Shown: one piece after another, positions 28,712-32,000 of the stretch
Position numbering within the stretch: the first letter of the stretch is position 1
Layout: every line of letters begins with the position of its first letter
From: Candidatus Thalassarchaeaceae archaeon
GTDB taxonomy: Archaea > Thermoplasmatota > Poseidoniia > Poseidoniales > Thalassarchaeaceae
NCBI GenBank assembly: GCA_045568075.1
Contig: JBJLBP010000001.1
Coordinates: forward strand, 1,230,001-1,262,000
Length of the DNA stretch: 32,000 nucleotides
Direction of reading: 5' to 3'
The notes under the pieces: model-generated
What the model saw: only the letters and a program-made list of their open reading frames with translations
Database searches by the model: none
Told to the model about the DNA's origin: nothing
Program-made: the position numbers and the translations under genes

Positions 28712-28714
28712 GCT

Positions 28715-29242
28715 TCACTCCTCCACAATGGTCAGTCCGAAGTGTTCCTTGAACCACTCTCTGGACTCGTCCCTGCCCACTCGGTGAGGCACCCCTACCT
28801 TGGCCGCGCGGCGGCGGCGGCGGGATACCCTGTGTCCTGGGCGCTCGAGTACGATGTTGATGTCCATGCCGAAGATGCCGATGTCTGGGTCATACTTCTG
28901 CTCGGGGAAGTCTGTGTAGTCCGCAATTCCGAACGATAGGTTGCCCGACTGGTCAAAGTGCCATGCGGGCAGAGTGTTCTCACGAACCCAAAATGCGTCC
29001 TTGAGGAAGGACTCGATGGTAGTTGAATCTCGGATTGTAACCTTGCAACCGATTGGAGCGCCCTCACGGGTGCCTAAATCACGGTTGGTACTCTTGGAAA
29101 TGGTGCGAACCGGCTTCAGTCCGGTGAGCAACTCAAGCACACGCTCGGCGAGCTGGAGACGAGCACCTGCCTCGCCGACACCGATGTTGACGGTGACCTT
29201 AGAGATACGAGGAGCGAGCATAGGATTGACTGATTCGCTCAA
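28715..29242 (-). CDS. rpl5: 50S ribosomal protein uL5
   Basis: PRISKVTVNIGVGEAG...GAPIGCKVTIRD...YDPDIGIFGMDINIVLERPGHRV. The TTG start overlaps the rps4e stop (TTGA) and follows GGAGGTGA. An alternative ATG is at 29221. Confidence 0.9.
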   Translation of the reverse strand: MSESVNPMLAPRISKVTVNIGVGEAGARLQLAERVLELLTGLKPVRTISKSTNRDLGTREGAPIGCKVTIRDSTTIESFLKDAFWVRENTLPAWHFDQSGNLSFGIADYTDFPEQKYDPDIGIFGMDINIVLERPGHRVSRRRRRAAKVGVPHRVGRDESREWFKEHFGLTIVEE

Positions 29243-29937
29243 GCCTTCACCTCCAGTGGCAGATCCTTGTCGGAACCAATGATGAAGACGTAGTCAGCGA
29301 CTGTGCCGAAGTCATCGAACTGGACTTCATTAGCCTTCGAGGAACGCTTGACATCCTTTGAGACGACCTTCGCGGTGGTGCCGATGTGGCTTCCTCCGAT
29401 GAGGTAAGCCTGTACTCCCTCGCCAAAGGCGTGGTGACCGGTGACCTCTTGGTCGGGCAGTGAGATTACGAGAGAGTCACCGGAATTGTACAGATTGGCA
29501 TCGTCAATAGTGAAATTGCGACCATCGTGTAGGTGAATCTGGGTTTTACCGCCGCGCAGGGTTGTCTTACCCATAACGCGGCACAACTTGGTTGTAGCCT
29601 GCTTAGCGGAAATCTTGCGGTAGCGGAGCTTACCGTTCTGGTCGAGGATACAGCGGAAGTTGTCCTCGCCAATGGTGAGGACATCCATTAGTCCGACGCC
29701 GCGGCCGACATCAGTCTCGATGCGTCCGTCGACTAGCACCTGACGAGTTGCTGTCATGCGCCTTGCTTCTCTCTGAGAGTGTGCGAGGTCAAGGACATCG
29801 CGTAGAATCAGTCCAAGCGGCATGCACATCTCATCGGAGTGGCCACCAGGGTTAGGCTTCTGGACCCAGATATCGGTCTTACGAGTTAGTGGCCAGCTTC
29901 GTGGCATTGTCAGTCTTTTCATGTGGCTGCTGCTCAT
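29239..29937 (-). CDS. rps4e: 30S ribosomal protein eS4
   Basis: HMKRLTMPRSWPLTRKTDIWVQKPNPGGHS...VLVDGRIETDVGRGVGLMDVL. ATGA overlap with rpl24. Confidence 0.9.
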   Translation of the reverse strand: MSSSHMKRLTMPRSWPLTRKTDIWVQKPNPGGHSDEMCMPLGLILRDVLDLAHSQREARRMTATRQVLVDGRIETDVGRGVGLMDVLTIGEDNFRCILDQNGKLRYRKISAKQATTKLCRVMGKTTLRGGKTQIHLHDGRNFTIDDANLYNSGDSLVISLPDQEVTGHHAFGEGVQAYLIGGSHIGTTAKVVSKDVKRSSKANEVQFDDFGTVADYVFIIGSDKDLPLEVKA

Positions 29938-30371
29938 TGTTCAGCACCTCCGTTGGAACGTTCTACGATGCGCTTGATACGCAGTGGGTCACCATCGTAG
30001 AGCTTGGTGATAATGAGATTCGATGGGTGGATTGGAAGTGCTTCCTCCTTTCCGTCGGCGGTCGACGTAGTGACGCCCTCGACTAGGACGAATCCACTCT
30101 TTGTGTCGACACCAACTACGTTTGACTTGATGCCAGAGCGTCCACGTGACTGCCCCAAACGCTTGCCGCGCGAGTCAGCCTTGACGCTGTTAGGGAATCC
30201 AAAGTCGCCACGAAGAACTTCGACCTCGTCTCCGACCCTGACGGTAACCGAGCGAATCGCTGAGAGTTCAGGGTCATCTGTGATCAGGCGTGCGCGAATG
30301 CGCTTCCTACGTACGTGAATCGGTGCGTCGGTCTGAGCCTGACGCTGCTTTCCTGCTTTCTTGCTAACCAT
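29934..30371 (-). CDS. rpl24: 50S ribosomal protein uL24
   Basis: KOW region VRVGDEVEVLRGDF and the archaeal L24 N-terminus KQRQAQTDAPIHVRRKRIRARL. SD GAGGTGTGA upstream. Confidence 0.9.
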   Translation of the reverse strand: MVSKKAGKQRQAQTDAPIHVRRKRIRARLITDDPELSAIRSVTVRVGDEVEVLRGDFGFPNSVKADSRGKRLGQSRGRSGIKSNVVGVDTKSGFVLVEGVTTSTADGKEEALPIHPSNLIITKLYDGDPLRIKRIVERSNGGAEQ

Positions 30372-30381
30372 CTTTCACACC

Positions 30382-30780
30382 TCACACAATCTGCTTCGCC
30401 GTTGCGGCGATACGAGGCCAGCGCTCAGCCGCTTCACGGCTAACCGGCCCCTTGATGTCGGACCCCTTCACGTCACCACGCTCGTTGGTAATGACGCAGG
30501 CGTTGTCCTCGAATTGAACCCAGGTTCCATCAACGCGACGGAACGGGCGCCTCTGGCGCACGATTACCGCATTGAAGATCTGGCGGCGGGTCTCTGGAGT
30601 CCCGCGGCGAACTGTAACGCGAATCATATCGCCAACGCCACCGGCAGGGTATCGGCGAGCTACACCGCCCTTCTTGAGGACGGTAATCAGCTGGACGACC
30701 TTAGCGCCAGTATTGTCGACGCAGTCCATCTTCGCCATGCTGGGTAGGCCAGCAGTCGAACGACCAGCGACTCCCCTCAT
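30382..30780 (-). CDS. rpl14: 50S ribosomal protein uL14
   Basis: MDCVDNTGAKVVQLITV...GDMIRVTVRRGTPETRRQIFNAVIVRQRRPFRR.DGTWVQFEDNACVI. ATGA overlap with rps17. Confidence 0.9.
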   Translation of the reverse strand: MRGVAGRSTAGLPSMAKMDCVDNTGAKVVQLITVLKKGGVARRYPAGGVGDMIRVTVRRGTPETRRQIFNAVIVRQRRPFRRVDGTWVQFEDNACVITNERGDVKGSDIKGPVSREAAERWPRIAATAKQIV

Positions 30781-31109
30781 TCCTCATCCCCCTTCTCGAT
30801 GACGCAGAACTTGACCGTCTTGGAGAGCGGTCTGCATTCCATGATGCGAACATTGTCTCCGCTGGCAACTTCACCAATGCACGAAGGCAGGTGTGCTGCA
30901 TAGCGGCGAGTGCGCTTCTCATAGCGCTCGTATTTCTTCATGTAGCGAGTTACCTCGCGCTGTACGATGATTGAATTACTCATTCCAACCGAGGATACAG
31001 TGCCCTCGATAATCTGACCTCTTAGCCGCAGGCTACCATAGAATGGGCAGTTTTCGTCTCCATCCCACTCCGCCTCAGGCGAGCGGACGTCTACTCCGAT
31101 ATCTTTCAT
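30777..31109 (-). CDS. rps17: 30S ribosomal protein uS17
   Basis: CPFYGSLRLRGQIIEGTVSSVGMSNSIIVQREVTRYMKKYERYEKRTRRYAAHLPSCI...GDNVRIMECRPLSKTVKF. I prefer ATG 31109 (MKDIGV), which follows GGAGGA and lies 1 nt after the Rpp29 stop. The ORF-track start 31175 would overlap Rpp29 by 65 nt. Confidence 0.85.
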   Translation of the reverse strand: MKDIGVDVRSPEAEWDGDENCPFYGSLRLRGQIIEGTVSSVGMSNSIIVQREVTRYMKKYERYEKRTRRYAAHLPSCIGEVASGDNVRIMECRPLSKTVKFCVIEKGDEE

Positions 31110-31110
31110 T

Positions 31111-31368
31111 TCAGTTCCTCCTGTATCTTCGGTTGATGCGATCCTCGGGTCGTTGGGTGACGACTGAGCCGTCAATGACTACCTCTCCCGAATCGATGGT
31201 GAATGTGATGACGTTCTTGGGCAGCGTAACCTCTCCCGAACTCGTGCGGACGCGAAGCGTCCTGCGAGTTTCCTCGACGACCATTCCAGTGACTCCGACC
31301 AAAGTCGGATCGTGACTCTCTACGACACTGATGTCGCGAGCGAGCCAAGGTGCGTGATAGATGCTCAT
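31111..31368 (-). CDS. rnp1: RNase P protein component 1 (Rpp29/Pop4 family)
   Basis: 85 aa. LVGVTGMVVEETRRTLRVRTSSGEVTLPKNVITFTI matches the Rpp29 Sm-like core (G..G.Vv.ET..tl.i.t..g...ipK....F). Conserved archaeal position between SUI1/L29 and S17. Confidence 0.75.
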   Translation of the reverse strand: MSIYHAPWLARDISVVESHDPTLVGVTGMVVEETRRTLRVRTSSGEVTLPKNVITFTIDSGEVVIDGSVVTQRPEDRINRRYRRN

Positions 31369-31668
31369 TCAGCGCACCTCCACTTGGTATCCGTTCTGTT
31401 GTAGGACCTTGGCGACACGCTTCTTGTGGTCGCCTTGTAGTTCGATGGTGCGTCCCTTGACGGTTCCGCCACTAGCGCAAGCGCCCTTGAGCAGCTTCGC
31501 AAGCTTGCCGATATCGATTGCGGTATCGTCGATTCCTTCTACCATCGTTACCATTTTTCCATACCTCCTTCTAACAGTTGAAATGATTGCTTTTTGTTGT
31601 TCCTTAGCTATTTCTTGGCAAATGCACAATTCGTCCGGTAGACCACACAGATTACAGATGCCAGCCAT
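31369..31668 (-). CDS. Translation initiation factor aSUI1 (eIF1 homologue)
   Basis: N-terminal Cys knuckle ICNLCGLPDELCICQEIAKEQQ, then the SUI1 domain RRRYGKMVTMVEGID...LKGACASGGTVKGRTIELQGDH. Confidence 0.85.
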   Translation of the reverse strand: MAGICNLCGLPDELCICQEIAKEQQKAIISTVRRRYGKMVTMVEGIDDTAIDIGKLAKLLKGACASGGTVKGRTIELQGDHKKRVAKVLQQNGYQVEVR

Positions 31669-31674
31669 TCAAGT

Positions 31675-31878
31675 CTACTCCTTATTCTCCTCGCCCATCT
31701 TGGTTAGAAGACGAGCGATACTCCTTCGCGTTTGCTTGTAGGCGCCTGCATTGGAAGAGGATCCTCCGAGCGCCTGTTGAGCGCGTAGTTGGAGGAGTTC
31801 CTCCTTGAGTTCTAAGAGACGACGCTCGCGCTGCTCAGGGGTCATCTGGTCTAGATCTCTTGACTTGATGTGAGCCAT
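31675..31878 (-). CDS. rpl29: 50S ribosomal protein uL29
   Basis: MAHIKSRDLDQMTPEQRERRLLELKEELLQLRAQQALGG. ATG 31878 lies 2 nt after the upstream TGA (TGATTATG) and follows GGGGGGTGAG. The ORF track starts at GTG 31884. Confidence 0.85.
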   Translation of the reverse strand: MAHIKSRDLDQMTPEQRERRLLELKEELLQLRAQQALGGSSSNAGAYKQTRRSIARLLTKMGEENKE

Positions 31879-31880
31879 AA

Positions 31881-32000
31881 TCACTCACCCCCCTCAGATT
31901 CTTCGCTTGATTCGTCAGCGGCTTCGTCTACAGAATCCGATGGAGCCTCAACAACTTCTTCGGATACTTCCTCCACGGCTTCTGCTTCCATCTCAGCAAT
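31881..32000 (-). CDS. rps3: 3' end of a CDS running off the window, probably the acidic C-terminal tail of 30S ribosomal protein uS3
   Basis: The open frame translates to IAEMEAEAVEEVSEEVVEAPSDSVDEAADESSEESEGGE and stops at TGA 31881-31883. Assignment rests only on conserved synteny (S3 precedes L29). Confidence 0.45.
   Translation of the reverse strand: MAEMEAEAVEEVSEEVVEAPSDSVDEAADESSEESEGGE

Noticed and set aside
28554-28757. 67-aa ORF from the supplied track ([17 protein letters not shown]...).
   Set aside because: It is in the wrong frame. The same DNA in another frame encodes a textbook zinc-ribbon uS14 (28559-28711) with an SD and the correct synteny.
31110-31175. 22 extra N-terminal codons of the long rps17 ORF (MTAQSSPNDPRIASTEDTGGTE).
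   Set aside because: They would overlap the Rpp29 gene by 65 nt. The internal ATG 31109 has a GGAGGA SD, sits 1 nt after the Rpp29 stop, and gives a normal-length uS17.

Overview
This looks like an archaeal chromosomal segment, about 50% GC. The call rests on an archaeal-type 16S rRNA (5' AATCCGGTTGATCCTGCCGGAGG, 3' GGATCACCTCCT) and the archaea/eukaryote-specific genes eL19, eL32, eS4, aSUI1 and Rpp29. The gene content and the 16S sitting next to the spc-like operon suggest a marine Thermoplasmatota (Group II/III-like) lineage, but that is inference only.

Layout:
- 22.3-32.0 kb, minus strand: a tightly packed S10/spc ribosomal cluster with ATGA/TGATG overlaps and GGAGGTGA-type Shine-Dalgarno (SD) sites. 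Order is uS3(partial)-uL29-aSUI1-Rpp29-uS17-uL14-uL24-eS4-uL5-uS14-uS8-uL6-eL32-eL19-uL18-uS5-uL30-uL15-SecY.
- 20367-21836, same strand: a solitary 16S rRNA gene with no 23S, 5S or tRNA after it.
- 14.2-20.2 kb: a bacterial-type aapJQMP/yhdWXYZ-like general amino-acid ABC importer. Its Q permease is split over three reading frames.
- Remainder: MscS channel, 4HBT thioesterase, NAD kinase, an uncharacterised lipoprotein plus 7-TM protein, an MsbA-like ABC exporter, two small membrane proteins, an NfeD-flotillin pair, a thiolase, DUF2061 and a cytoplasmic molybdopterin oxidoreductase.

Reading by eye, I found no CRISPR array, transposase/integrase, tRNA or obvious defence system, and I cannot point to a clearly novel multi-gene system.

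The most unusual items are architectural:
- SecY carries a ~130-aa four-TM N-terminal extension.
- eL32 is fused to an N-terminal SAP/HeH motif through a very acidic linker.
- The AapQ-like permease has a ~285-aa AT-rich polytopic N-terminal extension and two +1 frame breaks.
- The 16S gene is orphan and flanked by cUUCGg hairpins.
- An unannotatable lipoprotein/membrane-protein pair sits upstream of an ABC exporter.

All homology statements come from motif recognition and memory, not database searches.
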